Of a stretch of 28,672 bases of DNA, positions 16,600 to 25,769 are shown in pieces (within the stretch, counting starts at the first letter, position 1; each line of letters starts with the position of its first letter). Made by a program: the position numbers and the translations under genes. Below the pieces are notes generated by a model. It was not told where the DNA came from and searched no databases. It worked only from the letters and a program-made list of their open reading frames with translations. The stretch is from the IMG/VR virus record IMGVR_UViG_3300050021_000111, positions 1 through 28,672 of that record. The stretch is one strand, 5' to 3'. The DNA is from a virus. Taxonomy: Duplodnaviria > Caudoviricetes.

Positions 16600-17433
16600 A
16601 TGTCCGAATCGAAACGAGGATCGAACGGCGGGAACGCACGGGCCGAGAAACTGACGAAAGAGCAGCGTAGCACGATTGCTAAGCAAGCGGCGGCGAAAAG
16701 GTGGGGTAAGCAAAAGGAAGAGATTGTTTTAATTGACACAGAGACTCAAGATGGTATAGATCGAAATAGAGAAGAAATAGGTAGGTCAAATTCAATCATT
16801 GATGCCATGAAAGAAAAAGTAAAATCAATATCTGGTTCTACTAGTCCAATCCCATTTATCTACAAAGAAGAGCCAAAGACACAACCAATTACTACTGTAG
16901 ATTCTATTCCTTCTTCTCCACAGACGCTACGTGTGACTCCTGCGGAAAAGGGGAGGAAACGCGCCTCAAAGGAAAACCAAACAGTATCTAAAGTTTACAG
17001 ACAAGCTCTTTCTACAGCGGAAAAAGAGTACGAAGAAACAGCGGAAAAACTAGCGTATCATGATGAAATGGCTGCACGTCTAAAAGCTAGAATGCCAAGG
17101 CTGATTCAAACCATAAAGGCGCTAGGAGGAACAATTGATCCTCAAGTAGCGATGCAATCGTATCCGACGCAATCATTTAATACGCCGATGCAAGATTTTA
17201 CCGATCCGGCTAGGATGAATCAACCGTATCAACCAATACCGGCAATCGAGCAGAATCCTATTGATCCTGCTTTGTACAGGACAAACTCTAATCCATTACC
17301 AGGATTAGTACCTGCTGCTCAAAATGCTCCTATGGTTCCTAATACGTCAGTAGGGGGAGCGATGGATTTGGATTATTCTCCAGTGGAAGATGAAGGACCA
17401 AAACTGGCTAACATGGGTGGAGGGTGGGTGTAA
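16600..17433 (+). CDS. Hypothetical protein with basic N-terminal motif, central coiled coil and P/Q-rich tail
   Basis: GGNARAEKLTKEQRSTIAKQAAAKRW motif; GGGAG RBS. Confidence 0.75.
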   Translation: MSESKRGSNGGNARAEKLTKEQRSTIAKQAAAKRWGKQKEEIVLIDTETQDGIDRNREEIGRSNSIIDAMKEKVKSISGSTSPIPFIYKEEPKTQPITTVDSIPSSPQTLRVTPAEKGRKRASKENQTVSKVYRQALSTAEKEYEETAEKLAYHDEMAARLKARMPRLIQTIKALGGTIDPQVAMQSYPTQSFNTPMQDFTDPARMNQPYQPIPAIEQNPIDPALYRTNSNPLPGLVPAAQNAPMVPNTSVGGAMDLDYSPVEDEGPKLANMGGGWV

Positions 17434-17585
17434 TGACAGATCAAGAGAAGAAATTGGAATGTGAGCGTATTTGCGGAGAGTCTGGTAAGCGTGGGATACA
17501 CAAATCAGCACCAGTGATGTGTCCTGTACTTCTTGATTTGTGGAAGAACCCTAAGCGTAAAAACGACTATCAAGGGGTAAATTGA
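17433..17585 (+). CDS. 50-aa hypothetical protein
   Basis: Hand translation MTDQEKKLECERICGE...; TAATG coupling. Confidence 0.5.
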   Translation: MTDQEKKLECERICGESGKRGIHKSAPVMCPVLLDLWKNPKRKNDYQGVN

Positions 17586-17785
17586 AGACCAAACTGGAAA
17601 CGATGATCGAACTTGAGGATACCGTGCGTGCCGAGGTTAAGGCGCGTTATCCCGACATGGACGCTGATTGGGCGGTGAATCGGTACATGGATGCGATGTA
17701 CAATGCCAGTAGGAAGACAGCGCAGTGCGTAGTTCCGATGATGGCAGAGGTTATTCGTTCGCAGATGGAACCAAAGGAGGCGTGA
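17582..17785 (+). CDS. Hypothetical protein
   Basis: AAGGGG RBS, TTG start overlapping the upstream TGA. Confidence 0.55.
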   Translation: MKTKLETMIELEDTVRAEVKARYPDMDADWAVNRYMDAMYNASRKTAQCVVPMMAEVIRSQMEPKEA

Positions 17786-18255
17786 TGATTGAAAGTTTAA
17801 TAACACCAGAGCAAAGTGCGGCGATACAGCGCATGGAGGATAATAAACCTCCACACTGGATATTTGGGAAAATAGCCAAGGAAATTCATCAAGAAGTTCC
17901 TGACGGGACAGATAAACCAGCATGGGGGCACGGTTCGTACAAGGTAATTGGGAACATAGATGGATATTGCGAGTGGCAATTTGAACAAGGAATAGTCCCG
18001 TCCGATATAGACTTAACCAATATTCGTTATGTGATCTTTTGGAGGCAAGCAGTTCCTAACAAAAAAACAAAAGAAGTAAAAGCGTTTGCTTCATGGACGG
18101 GCGGAGGTGCGCAGAGTGTAGTTCCGGGACAAACGATAACGGTAGATGATGGAAAATATATCACCATTGGAACTAGCAATGAAGAGATTGAGAGATTAGC
18201 GAAGGACGCTTTAATCAATCTTCAAAAAATGGTCAAGAAATACTATAAGGAGTAG
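17785..18255 (+). CDS. Hypothetical protein
   Basis: AAGGAGG RBS before GTG 17782/ATG 17785. Confidence 0.7.
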   Translation: MIESLITPEQSAAIQRMEDNKPPHWIFGKIAKEIHQEVPDGTDKPAWGHGSYKVIGNIDGYCEWQFEQGIVPSDIDLTNIRYVIFWRQAVPNKKTKEVKAFASWTGGGAQSVVPGQTITVDDGKYITIGTSNEEIERLAKDALINLQKMVKKYYKE

Positions 18256-18257
18256 AC

Positions 18258-18710
18258 ATGTACGAAGAACGTCTTGCATTTGCGTTTGAACGAATAGCTA
18301 CAGCGTTGGAGAGTTTCAATGAAGAATTTCGACAAGCAGGAACTCGATACTGGCCTCGACCAGGACAACAAAAAGAAGCCGTCCTCAGTCGCGTCCCAAC
18401 CGAAGAAGATAAAATCCGAGAGCGGCAAGGATCAGGAGACAACACCCCCATTGACGAATGGCTCACCGACATTGGAGACCCAGAAGGTGACGCCGGAATT
18501 GTCGGAGAGCGAAGCCGACAATGGATCATCGACCATCCGCCAGAAAAAGCCAAAGTCGTTGATGCCAGTCCCAAAGCTGTCAGCGTTGGAGAGCAGGACA
18601 CTTCAAGCGTTGAAGAGGTTGAAGGTAAAGCCGGAGGCGTTGCAGTCGTTACCGCAGATAACCCCAATGTTGAAAAAAAGTCTCAAAGGCGGACTAAGAA
18701 CCGCTCTTGA
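18258..18710 (+). CDS. Hypothetical protein overlapping the next ORF
   Basis: AAGGAG RBS; MYEERLAFAFERIATALE. Confidence 0.65.
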   Translation: MYEERLAFAFERIATALESFNEEFRQAGTRYWPRPGQQKEAVLSRVPTEEDKIRERQGSGDNTPIDEWLTDIGDPEGDAGIVGERSRQWIIDHPPEKAKVVDASPKAVSVGEQDTSSVEEVEGKAGGVAVVTADNPNVEKKSQRRTKNRS

Positions 18711-19209
18711 GGCTATGCGTTTTGCAACGAACGATGAAGTGGTAGCGGATTTTCTGAAGGTTTACGATAAGATTCCTGTTGGCGATAGGGACAGATTGCC
18801 GTGGGAAGCTATAATGATAAAAGCCAAAGTGAATCCGATATACTTACTTGGGGCTATCCAGATGGCGGTGCAGACCTACAGTTGGAATAAGAGTAGATTC
18901 CTAGCGGTATCGAGTCATCCTGAGATCACAAAGAATAGAATCAAGTTCGCAAAGATGGCTGGAGGCGTAAAGGATAGAGAGGCGTTGGATATAGTCAACG
19001 GATTTTTGCAATCGCCGAAAGGACCAACATTTATTGGCAAGCAGGTTGCAGTATTTGGAGGTAACGGTGGTGGTCAGAATAACAATGGTGGCGGTAATGT
19101 AGTGGACGCGGAAGTAGATGGGGATGATGGGTTTGAGAATCTGTTTCCTAGTCCGAATGAGATACAAGACAAACTTGTTCCGATTAGACAAAGATTGTTG
19201 GAGGGGTGA
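18319..19209 (+). CDS. Hypothetical protein, positional candidate for terminase small subunit (start uncertain, possibly 18562)
   Basis: Largely helical 296-aa ORF just upstream of terL; no diagnostic motif recognised. Confidence 0.55.
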   Translation: MKNFDKQELDTGLDQDNKKKPSSVASQPKKIKSESGKDQETTPPLTNGSPTLETQKVTPELSESEADNGSSTIRQKKPKSLMPVPKLSALESRTLQALKRLKVKPEALQSLPQITPMLKKSLKGGLRTALEAMRFATNDEVVADFLKVYDKIPVGDRDRLPWEAIMIKAKVNPIYLLGAIQMAVQTYSWNKSRFLAVSSHPEITKNRIKFAKMAGGVKDREALDIVNGFLQSPKGPTFIGKQVAVFGGNGGGQNNNGGGNVVDAEVDGDDGFENLFPSPNEIQDKLVPIRQRLLEG

Positions 19210-19455
19210 TTGATTAGGTTTATTGACCTTGGAAAACAGATAGCCACAGACCCGCACGATCCTGAATGGTCGCGGGAATTTGCTTTTTACGATACTTTGG
19301 AAGCTCATTTTATTTCTTTTGATAACCGGCAAATCTTTGATTCGGTTGATGATTTGAAGGACTGTCTGGACGATAACGAGGTCGCATACGGGAGACGGAT
19401 ACTAGGGTTGCTGCCGTCGTGGGTGCCGAAAAGCACTAGGAGTTTGGTGAGGTAG
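19210..19455 (+). CDS. Hypothetical protein
   Basis: GGAGG RBS and TTG start directly after the upstream stop. Confidence 0.6.
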   Translation: MIRFIDLGKQIATDPHDPEWSREFAFYDTLEAHFISFDNRQIFDSVDDLKDCLDDNEVAYGRRILGLLPSWVPKSTRSLVR

Positions 19456-19458
19456 ACT

Positions 19459-21609
19459 ATCTATAGCCAGAAGATTATCGAGCAAAATATCTCATTCTAT
19501 GAATCACAGAATGGTATTGAACTCGTGCGTCACACGTTTCCAGAAGTTCAGGAATTTTCAGAATACGTAAAAAACATAACGAAAATAGGAAGTAACTCTA
19601 AGGGTTCATGGATTGAATCTGTTGCTTCTATAACTCAAAAGAGACGGGAAGAAATACGTCGTTGGATTCTAAACGAGCAGGTTCTCTGTGGTTTAAGCTA
19701 CCATTACTGGCGTGACAATTATGCTTATGTGACAGACGAGGGTGGAAATATAGTAAAGTTCCAAAATCATAAGTCACAAGACGTATTTGATTCGGTTGTT
19801 GCTGATTTAGAGGAACAACAGGCTGGTATTCAGATTATCTGCTTGAAGGCCAGGCAGGTCGGGATCACGACACTCGTAGCATTGTATTTTAATCATAAAA
19901 TGCTTTTCGTTCCAAACACTCTTTCTGTAATGGCATCAGTACAAGCATCGAAATCAGCCGAAATTGAGATCAAATTCGATACATCTTACGAAAAGTGTCC
20001 GTTTTGGCTAGTTCCTAATATATCTTCAAAAAGAAAGTTTAGCAACGGATCGCGCCTTATGGTTGAGTCTGGTATGCAACCGAAGGGTATCGCGCAAGGA
20101 CAAACACCGCAGAATATTTTGATCTCGGAGATTGGTATCATCCCTAATCCTCATAACGTAATTGAGGAAGGACTGCTTCCTGCTACGCACGCGAATAAGA
20201 ACTTGTTTATGGTGTTTGAGGGAACTGGTTCAGGAAACGTAGGATGGTTTCCTGATTTCTGGAAGTCACAAAAATTAAAAATGGCGACAGGAACAGGAAG
20301 AATGTGTCCTGTATTTATATCGTGGCCTTTGGCAACAGATATGTATCCTCAAGCAGACTGGATACGAGCGCATCCTGTACCACCAGGATTCTACGAAAGA
20401 AGAATGGATGCTACCAGAGCGCATATTACTAGATGTGAATCTTACATCCGTAACACTCCGTATCTGGCAAAGGTGGTAGGTGCAGATTATCGAGTACCTA
20501 TTGAACAGCAGTATTGGTGGGAGTTAGAGTACGACCAAGCGCGTGAAAGACACTCTCTACAGCAACACGCGGCACGTTTACCAGCGGATGACTTTGAGGC
20601 TCTTACTGGAGTCCATGATAGTGTCTTTGACTTAGAGACAATCATGGAGTTGGAAGACGATATTTATGAGGTTAGGACAGGAGGAGAAAAGGTTCGCAGG
20701 AATCAATACCAAGTCTATGCAATCACAGGACACTCTATTTTAGAGGAGTTTGAGCCAAGAGAATCAGATATTGATTTTAATAAGGAAGTAATTCATCTAA
20801 CACACAAAAACAATCGTGATGAGCGTTATGATTGGGAACTTGTACCTTTGCTTCCGATAGATGAGGAAACGGAAGCAAATACGTTTGATAAACTCCTAGT
20901 ATATGAGCCTCCGATAAAAGGTGCAACGTATAGCTGCGGAGTAGATACAGCGCATGGATTAGGAAACGAGGATGAGGACCGATTCTGTGCGTCTATGACT
21001 AGGGTATCTACAGGATCAAGTGTGGATATGCAATGCGCAGAGCTTACGGCTAATCGTTTTAGCCCCGCTCAGGCAGTACCATTCCTAGCGGCAATGGCGT
21101 CGTGGTACGGACAGATTTCAGGTCATTATAGAGGAGTAAAGTTTTCGATTGAGCAGGTGGAAGGACCGGGAGATACTTGTCAGAACCAGTTAAAAATTAT
21201 GGGTTTCAACTACCACCACACCCCCGGAAGACTTGACGGAAAGAAGGTAAAGGATGAGAATAAGCATAGGGAAGGTTGGTACTCGAATAGGACAACAGTT
21301 CCTATTTTAATGGATAGGTTTGTTGAGGCTGTTAACGGTGGTTGGTATGTTCCTATGTCGAAGTGGTTGATAGAGGAGTTAAAAACTCTTGAGCGTAGAT
21401 CGAATGATGGTGGACGTGACAAGATGATTCACCAACAAAACAAGCATGACGATAGGATACGTGCCGCAGCGCAAAGCTATTTGAACTGCCACACATACGA
21501 TGATTTATCGGCACGGTCACAGAGACGGTACGCACAGCCGAGTAGGAAGAAGTCAGACCCAAACAAGGGTCGCTGTATGAGTAACGCATTTTCAGTGGGA
21601 GAGTGGTAA
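19459..21609 (+). CDS. terL: Terminase large subunit
   Basis: Walker A LKARQVGITT, Walker B ILISE, coupling motif FEGT, nuclease GVDTAHG and KHDD; frame is open from 19456, proposed ATC start at 19459 (track start 19525). Confidence 0.88.
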   Translation: MYSQKIIEQNISFYESQNGIELVRHTFPEVQEFSEYVKNITKIGSNSKGSWIESVASITQKRREEIRRWILNEQVLCGLSYHYWRDNYAYVTDEGGNIVKFQNHKSQDVFDSVVADLEEQQAGIQIICLKARQVGITTLVALYFNHKMLFVPNTLSVMASVQASKSAEIEIKFDTSYEKCPFWLVPNISSKRKFSNGSRLMVESGMQPKGIAQGQTPQNILISEIGIIPNPHNVIEEGLLPATHANKNLFMVFEGTGSGNVGWFPDFWKSQKLKMATGTGRMCPVFISWPLATDMYPQADWIRAHPVPPGFYERRMDATRAHITRCESYIRNTPYLAKVVGADYRVPIEQQYWWELEYDQARERHSLQQHAARLPADDFEALTGVHDSVFDLETIMELEDDIYEVRTGGEKVRRNQYQVYAITGHSILEEFEPRESDIDFNKEVIHLTHKNNRDERYDWELVPLLPIDEETEANTFDKLLVYEPPIKGATYSCGVDTAHGLGNEDEDRFCASMTRVSTGSSVDMQCAELTANRFSPAQAVPFLAAMASWYGQISGHYRGVKFSIEQVEGPGDTCQNQLKIMGFNYHHTPGRLDGKKVKDENKHREGWYSNRTTVPILMDRFVEAVNGGWYVPMSKWLIEELKTLERRSNDGGRDKMIHQQNKHDDRIRAAAQSYLNCHTYDDLSARSQRRYAQPSRKKSDPNKGRCMSNAFSVGEW

Positions 21610-21610
21610 C

Positions 21611-21847
21611 ATGAGAATAATGTTGACAACAATGAAAACAGAAAAAAGAGAAGACGTTCTCCAACGGAGTTATCGTGAGCAAGAGAAAGAGGATCGGGCG
21701 GAATCTGCTCGTAGGGAAGATATTCAAGACGAGCGTGCGATATGGTCTAATGTTTTGCAGTCACAGTTAGAACAAGGAAAAAGATTAGACGATGCTACCT
21801 TTGATGCAGACGAAGCGTTAAAGTCATATCGTGAAAGGTTTCAATAG
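21611..21847 (+). CDS. Hypothetical protein
   Basis: GGGAG RBS, fits the gene tiling. Confidence 0.6.
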   Translation: MRIMLTTMKTEKREDVLQRSYREQEKEDRAESARREDIQDERAIWSNVLQSQLEQGKRLDDATFDADEALKSYRERFQ

Positions 21848-21859
21848 AGGGAGGGGTAA

Positions 21860-22129
21860 ATGAACCATGAAGTATTGATACTTTGTTTCACTCTTGCGAC
21901 AATACCTATTCTGTGGCTTAGTATGAGTTGGATTAAATCTCCAATCATGGACGATGCCTTCTGGAAACGCCGCGAGGAAGCGCATTTTAAGAGGATCATG
22001 GCTGGTCTTCCGTATAGCGTTCATCTGTGGAAGAAATTGTTTGAATCTGTTCGTGATAACAAGCCGGAACATGAGCAGAATAAGTGCGCACAAGATGTTT
22101 ACGACTACCTGAGACTCTTGGCACAATAA
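21860..22129 (+). CDS. Small protein with N-terminal TM helix
   Basis: VLILCFTLATIPILWLSMSWI; GGAGG RBS. Confidence 0.65.
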   Translation: MNHEVLILCFTLATIPILWLSMSWIKSPIMDDAFWKRREEAHFKRIMAGLPYSVHLWKKLFESVRDNKPEHEQNKCAQDVYDYLRLLAQ

Positions 22130-22140
22130 CGGGAGGGGAA

Positions 22141-22467
22141 ATGGATACAGCTACAGAGCTAGAACAATGGCTCCGCAAAGAAGCGCAAGAGAAGACTAAA
22201 TACGCTGAATCTCGAAAGAGTGCTGCATTAGCATTCACATCTGAAACTTCTGATGCAGATCGAAAAGCGGCTCATCAAATGGCACAGCAAATAATGGGCC
22301 GAAAGTTCCCGATGCAGAGCAGGACAGAGGAAGAAAAAAGCAATCGTATTCAGATACGGATCGCTGCAAAGCTAGAGCAAGAGGCGGCAATGCTTTTGCG
22401 GTTTGCAGATTTTGTAGCGGGGAGGAACAATGGGAATCATCCAGTGGTGGAACGACAGGAATCGTAG
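22141..22467 (+). CDS. Hypothetical helical protein
   Basis: GGGAGG RBS before ATG 22141. Confidence 0.7.
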   Translation: MDTATELEQWLRKEAQEKTKYAESRKSAALAFTSETSDADRKAAHQMAQQIMGRKFPMQSRTEEEKSNRIQIRIAAKLEQEAAMLLRFADFVAGRNNGNHPVVERQES

Positions 22468-22693
22468 TGACGAGCCTGTAGAGATAGCGGCTAAACCATC
22501 TGAGATAGTGCAGGAACAGAGCGATTACGACCGTGTGTATAAGTACGGTGCTGACGGCGGACACATCGTTGATTTGACGAATAATCCTAGGAAAGAAAAC
22601 GATGGTTTTGTGCCAGACCGCGAATTGCTAACTCCGTACAATCGGGCGCATCAAGGGACGCGAGACGGAATTAACTCGTTGATGAGGAGATAG
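22430..22693 (+). CDS. Hypothetical protein
   Basis: GGAGG RBS. Confidence 0.6.
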   Translation: MGIIQWWNDRNRSDEPVEIAAKPSEIVQEQSDYDRVYKYGADGGHIVDLTNNPRKENDGFVPDRELLTPYNRAHQGTRDGINSLMRR

Positions 22694-22695
22694 GT

Positions 22696-23184
22696 TTGAA
22701 TCACCCAGTCGATGAAAGTGGCGGTGGATATGCTTTCTCTCCAGACCCGATGGATGAGCCTCTATACTATCACGATGAGAAGTCCTTGAAAGAGGCAGAA
22801 GAAAGAATCCGTGTAGAGTTTCAAGAGAAAAAAGAGAAAGAGACACAAAGGAGACAGATGAGCGAAATTAAGATTGATGTACCAGGAACTCCGATATACG
22901 AGCGCGTTAAGAACGCAATGGGCGCGGTTACGATCACACGCGAAGAAGGCGACAGCATCATAGAATACGTCAGAGGTGCGATTCACGATAGCGAAGGATT
23001 AAAGGATTGCAAAGTGGATATTGTGGCTCTCACAGATAAACGTATGGCGGATTATAGTGATTGGATATGGGAGAACCTTGATAGAGCAAGTGTAGGAAAA
23101 GAGTTATTGCCACGTCTCGAATGGGATAAACCGGGCAGGAAACTATTCACATACGGTGATTTATCGAAACGAGGCAAGGCATGA
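22696..23184 (+). CDS. Hypothetical protein
   Basis: AGGAG RBS, TTG start. Confidence 0.6.
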   Translation: MNHPVDESGGGYAFSPDPMDEPLYYHDEKSLKEAEERIRVEFQEKKEKETQRRQMSEIKIDVPGTPIYERVKNAMGAVTITREEGDSIIEYVRGAIHDSEGLKDCKVDIVALTDKRMADYSDWIWENLDRASVGKELLPRLEWDKPGRKLFTYGDLSKRGKA

Positions 23185-23864
23185 AATCTATAAAACTCAC
23201 CAAGCGACTCAACGAACACGAGAACTGTCTCATTCTCTGGACACCATGGACCACGGTAGTGTGGGATCGTGGTTCTATCCAGTGTAGAGGTACGGACGAA
23301 TTCGAGTTGGTAATTAAGTATCGTGCTTGGGGGCCGATCTTCTACTTTGGCAACCGGGATATTGAGAAACTAGGAGAACGGTCCAAGTTCGACAGTTTCC
23401 AGTGGACTAGGATTCAACCTCGTTATGCAGAATCAAGAGCGCGTAGGATAAGCGATAGGGACTATTTCGAGAATAAAGAGCAACTGGTAAGGCAGAGGAA
23501 GAGAAAAAATCCAGCGGATATGACGTATCCAGAGCGTCATGCGGCGACGTTGGAAGTCATCAGCAAGATGAAATTCAGTGATAATTTCATGCACCTGATG
23601 ACGACTCCGTATGGTAAACTTGCATTGGAGCGCGGGGAAGAATGTAAGGATGATGCGACAGGTGAACTCTTGACAGAAGATATGTACGCAAGGGACAAGG
23701 AAAAGAACCTGCGTATAGCACCGAGAACTGGAGGCGGTCTTTTAGGATTTAAGAGAGCGGAGAACGGCGAAGGGTACGGAACTATTCGTAGAGTTCCAGC
23801 TATAGAAACTATGGAAATAACAAGCGGTCAATCGGAGATACTTCAACTGGAGGACGGTCAATGA
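23181..23864 (+). CDS. Hypothetical protein
   Basis: GAGG RBS, ATGA overlaps at both ends. Confidence 0.7.
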   Translation: MKSIKLTKRLNEHENCLILWTPWTTVVWDRGSIQCRGTDEFELVIKYRAWGPIFYFGNRDIEKLGERSKFDSFQWTRIQPRYAESRARRISDRDYFENKEQLVRQRKRKNPADMTYPERHAATLEVISKMKFSDNFMHLMTTPYGKLALERGEECKDDATGELLTEDMYARDKEKNLRIAPRTGGGLLGFKRAENGEGYGTIRRVPAIETMEITSGQSEILQLEDGQ

Positions 23865-24667
23865 GTACGGCATCTACAATAATTTCAGATCGCATTTCTA
23901 TCCTTAAAGCGGAGATGGAAGCTCTCAAGAAAGAGCGCAAGGAACAGGATCGTGCGTTGAAGGCGTCTAATCGGTGGGTGAATGTCAAGAAGCGTGTACC
24001 CGCGCAGGACGCTCAAAAGGTAATTGCTTGGCATGACGGTAGGATGGAATGTTGCTGGTTTCAAAATGGAAAGTGGTTTGTATACAACGGAACGTATTTC
24101 CTAGAGAACAAGGACGTAATCGAAGATGTGAGTCACTGGTGCGGTATAGATTGGATGACTTCAAGAGATTATCCTATGCGCGGACCAGGATTCAAAAACG
24201 CTATCCTCTATATATGGATGAGGATTTCCAATCGAGCGTCGGATATGGCGTATGATCTGAGGCCGAAGTCTTGGAGTCGAGGGGCGGCGCAACTGGGTAG
24301 GAAACCTGTTTTTTATCGTGACTCTTCTGGAAAAGTAATGAGCGGGATGCCTGAGAATTGTCCTGCGCCGAGAGGATACGAGAAAATCGTTTGCAATAAT
24401 GTTCACGAGGCTGAGAGGTACTCGGAACTTCAGAGGCGTCAGGAGAGGGTCGATCATAATCGTCAACAGGCCGAGCGTGGTGCGATTGAAAATGAGTTTG
24501 CAAGCGAGATCAGATCAGAGATGAGGACGAAATACGCAAACGCTAGGAATCCAATCAATCGGGAGTTCATGCGAAGGGCATTGGAAAACAACGCGAACAG
24601 GAAAGACCCTACCGCGTTTGAGCGGGAATCGTACCTTCACGCGGAAGCCTTTGAACAAGGACGGTAG
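23861..24667 (+). CDS. Hypothetical protein with DUF551-like WVNVKKRVP segment and coiled-coil C-terminus
   Basis: GGAGG RBS; the W.s.k.r.P pattern is recalled only. Confidence 0.7.
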   Translation: MSTASTIISDRISILKAEMEALKKERKEQDRALKASNRWVNVKKRVPAQDAQKVIAWHDGRMECCWFQNGKWFVYNGTYFLENKDVIEDVSHWCGIDWMTSRDYPMRGPGFKNAILYIWMRISNRASDMAYDLRPKSWSRGAAQLGRKPVFYRDSSGKVMSGMPENCPAPRGYEKIVCNNVHEAERYSELQRRQERVDHNRQQAERGAIENEFASEIRSEMRTKYANARNPINREFMRRALENNANRKDPTAFERESYLHAEAFEQGR

Positions 24668-24865
24668 ATGGGAGATGAAATGGATACTGAAGATGTGATG
24701 TATGAAATCAAGCAAGTAAGAAACGAAATAGCGAAACTGCGAAAAAACATAGACGATCTTTCGTACAAGTTTTATGGACACTCCCATCTAGAAGACGGGG
24801 AAGTGCATAGGAACTTCAAAAAGGAAGAGGAGTTTCGCAAGCAGGTAATAGAGCTTTTGAGTTGA
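24668..24865 (+). CDS. Small coiled-coil protein
   Basis: AAGGA RBS; heptad pattern IKQVRNEIAKLRKNIDDL. Confidence 0.6.
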   Translation: MGDEMDTEDVMYEIKQVRNEIAKLRKNIDDLSYKFYGHSHLEDGEVHRNFKKEEEFRKQVIELLS

Positions 24866-24908
24866 AACGGGATATACAAAAAAACAGTAGACGTTTGACA
24901 GATTTTAC

Positions 24909-24936
24909 TTGACAGTGCGCACCAGAGGTGTATACT
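24909..24936 (+). promoter_or_regulatory. Sigma-70 promoter of the RAMP/array cassette
   Basis: TTGACA-N16-TATACT, with a second TTGACA at 24895; ATG begins 7 nt after the -10. Confidence 0.7.
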
Positions 24937-24942
24937 TTTAAT

Positions 24943-25095
24943 ATGCCACAGCGATTACAGAAGGTAGTGATCTGGATTTGCAGTAGGTGTGGACACGAAT
25001 GGAGTAGCGTAAATGGCGACAAGCCACTTCGCTGCGCTGAGTGCAAATCACCTTACTGGGACAGACCGCGTAAAACCAAATCCGACACTCGCTAA
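24943..25095 (+). CDS. 50-aa Zn-ribbon protein, probably leaderless (below the track cutoff)
   Basis: MPQRLQKVVIWICSRCGHEWSSVNGDKPLRCAECKSPYWDRPRKTKSDTR; two CxxC pairs. Confidence 0.8.
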   Translation: MPQRLQKVVIWICSRCGHEWSSVNGDKPLRCAECKSPYWDRPRKTKSDTR

Positions 25096-25118
25096 TTCAA
25101 GGCATATTGGAATAACAC

Positions 25119-25769
25119 GTGAAAGCGAAGACGAACAGCAGTGAACAGCAGATGGTTGTTCAAATCAAGCCTCCAAAGTTTCAAATTGGAGTTTTTCACA
25201 TCTATGGCGTAGCCCCTCTAGTCATCAACAAGTTCCCACAAAAAGCATTGGAAGAGATGGAAGCTCGGCAACGCGCTGGCAGTCAAGCAAAGAAGGGCGC
25301 GAAGCGAGAATCCAAGGATTTCGATAGCCTATACGAAGGCGCAAAGCATATCAGCCGCGAAGGATGGTGCGGTCTACCTGCGTCTGCTTTTCGCAATGCG
25401 ATGATCTCGGCTTGCCGCCTTGTAAACTTCAAAATGACACTTGGAAAGCTAAGTGTTTTTATTGAAGCAGATGGTTTTGACCGCGATGAGGGTACACCTC
25501 TTGTTCGTATTGTTGAGGGCGAGCCAAGGCCAGTGAAGATGGCTGTCCGAAACGCAACAGGCGTATGCGACATTCGTATTCGTCCGATGTGGGATGAATG
25601 GAAGGCAGTTCTCCGTATTCGTTTCGACGCTGACATTTTCAGCCTTACCGATGTGACGAATCTCCTTATGCGCGTAGGAGAACAGGTAGGACTATGTGAG
25701 GGTCGTCCTGATTCCAAGTCTTCTGCTGGTATGGGTTGGGGATTGTTTAAGATTGAGGAGGCGAAATAA
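25119..25769 (+). CDS. Cas7/RAMP-like RNA-binding protein
   Basis: N-terminal strand FHIYGVAPL, GLPASAFRNAM (compare the RAMP IPGSSLKG helix), C-terminal Gly-rich loop VGLCEGRP...GMGWGLF. Confidence 0.75.
   Translation: MKAKTNSSEQQMVVQIKPPKFQIGVFHIYGVAPLVINKFPQKALEEMEARQRAGSQAKKGAKRESKDFDSLYEGAKHISREGWCGLPASAFRNAMISACRLVNFKMTLGKLSVFIEADGFDRDEGTPLVRIVEGEPRPVKMAVRNATGVCDIRIRPMWDEWKAVLRIRFDADIFSLTDVTNLLMRVGEQVGLCEGRPDSKSSAGMGWGLFKIEEAK

Noticed and set aside
21418-21444. Gapped antisense match of the first array unit to terL (DKMIHQQNK)
   Set aside because: Only about 12 of 18 bases and depends on a register slip; expected several times by chance in this window
7570-24667. Genome-wide TAG recoding, suggested by in-frame TAGs at 7570, 19453 and 24665
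   Set aside because: Helicase, terL and portal contain no internal TAG, and many genes end in TAG followed by a new RBS and start
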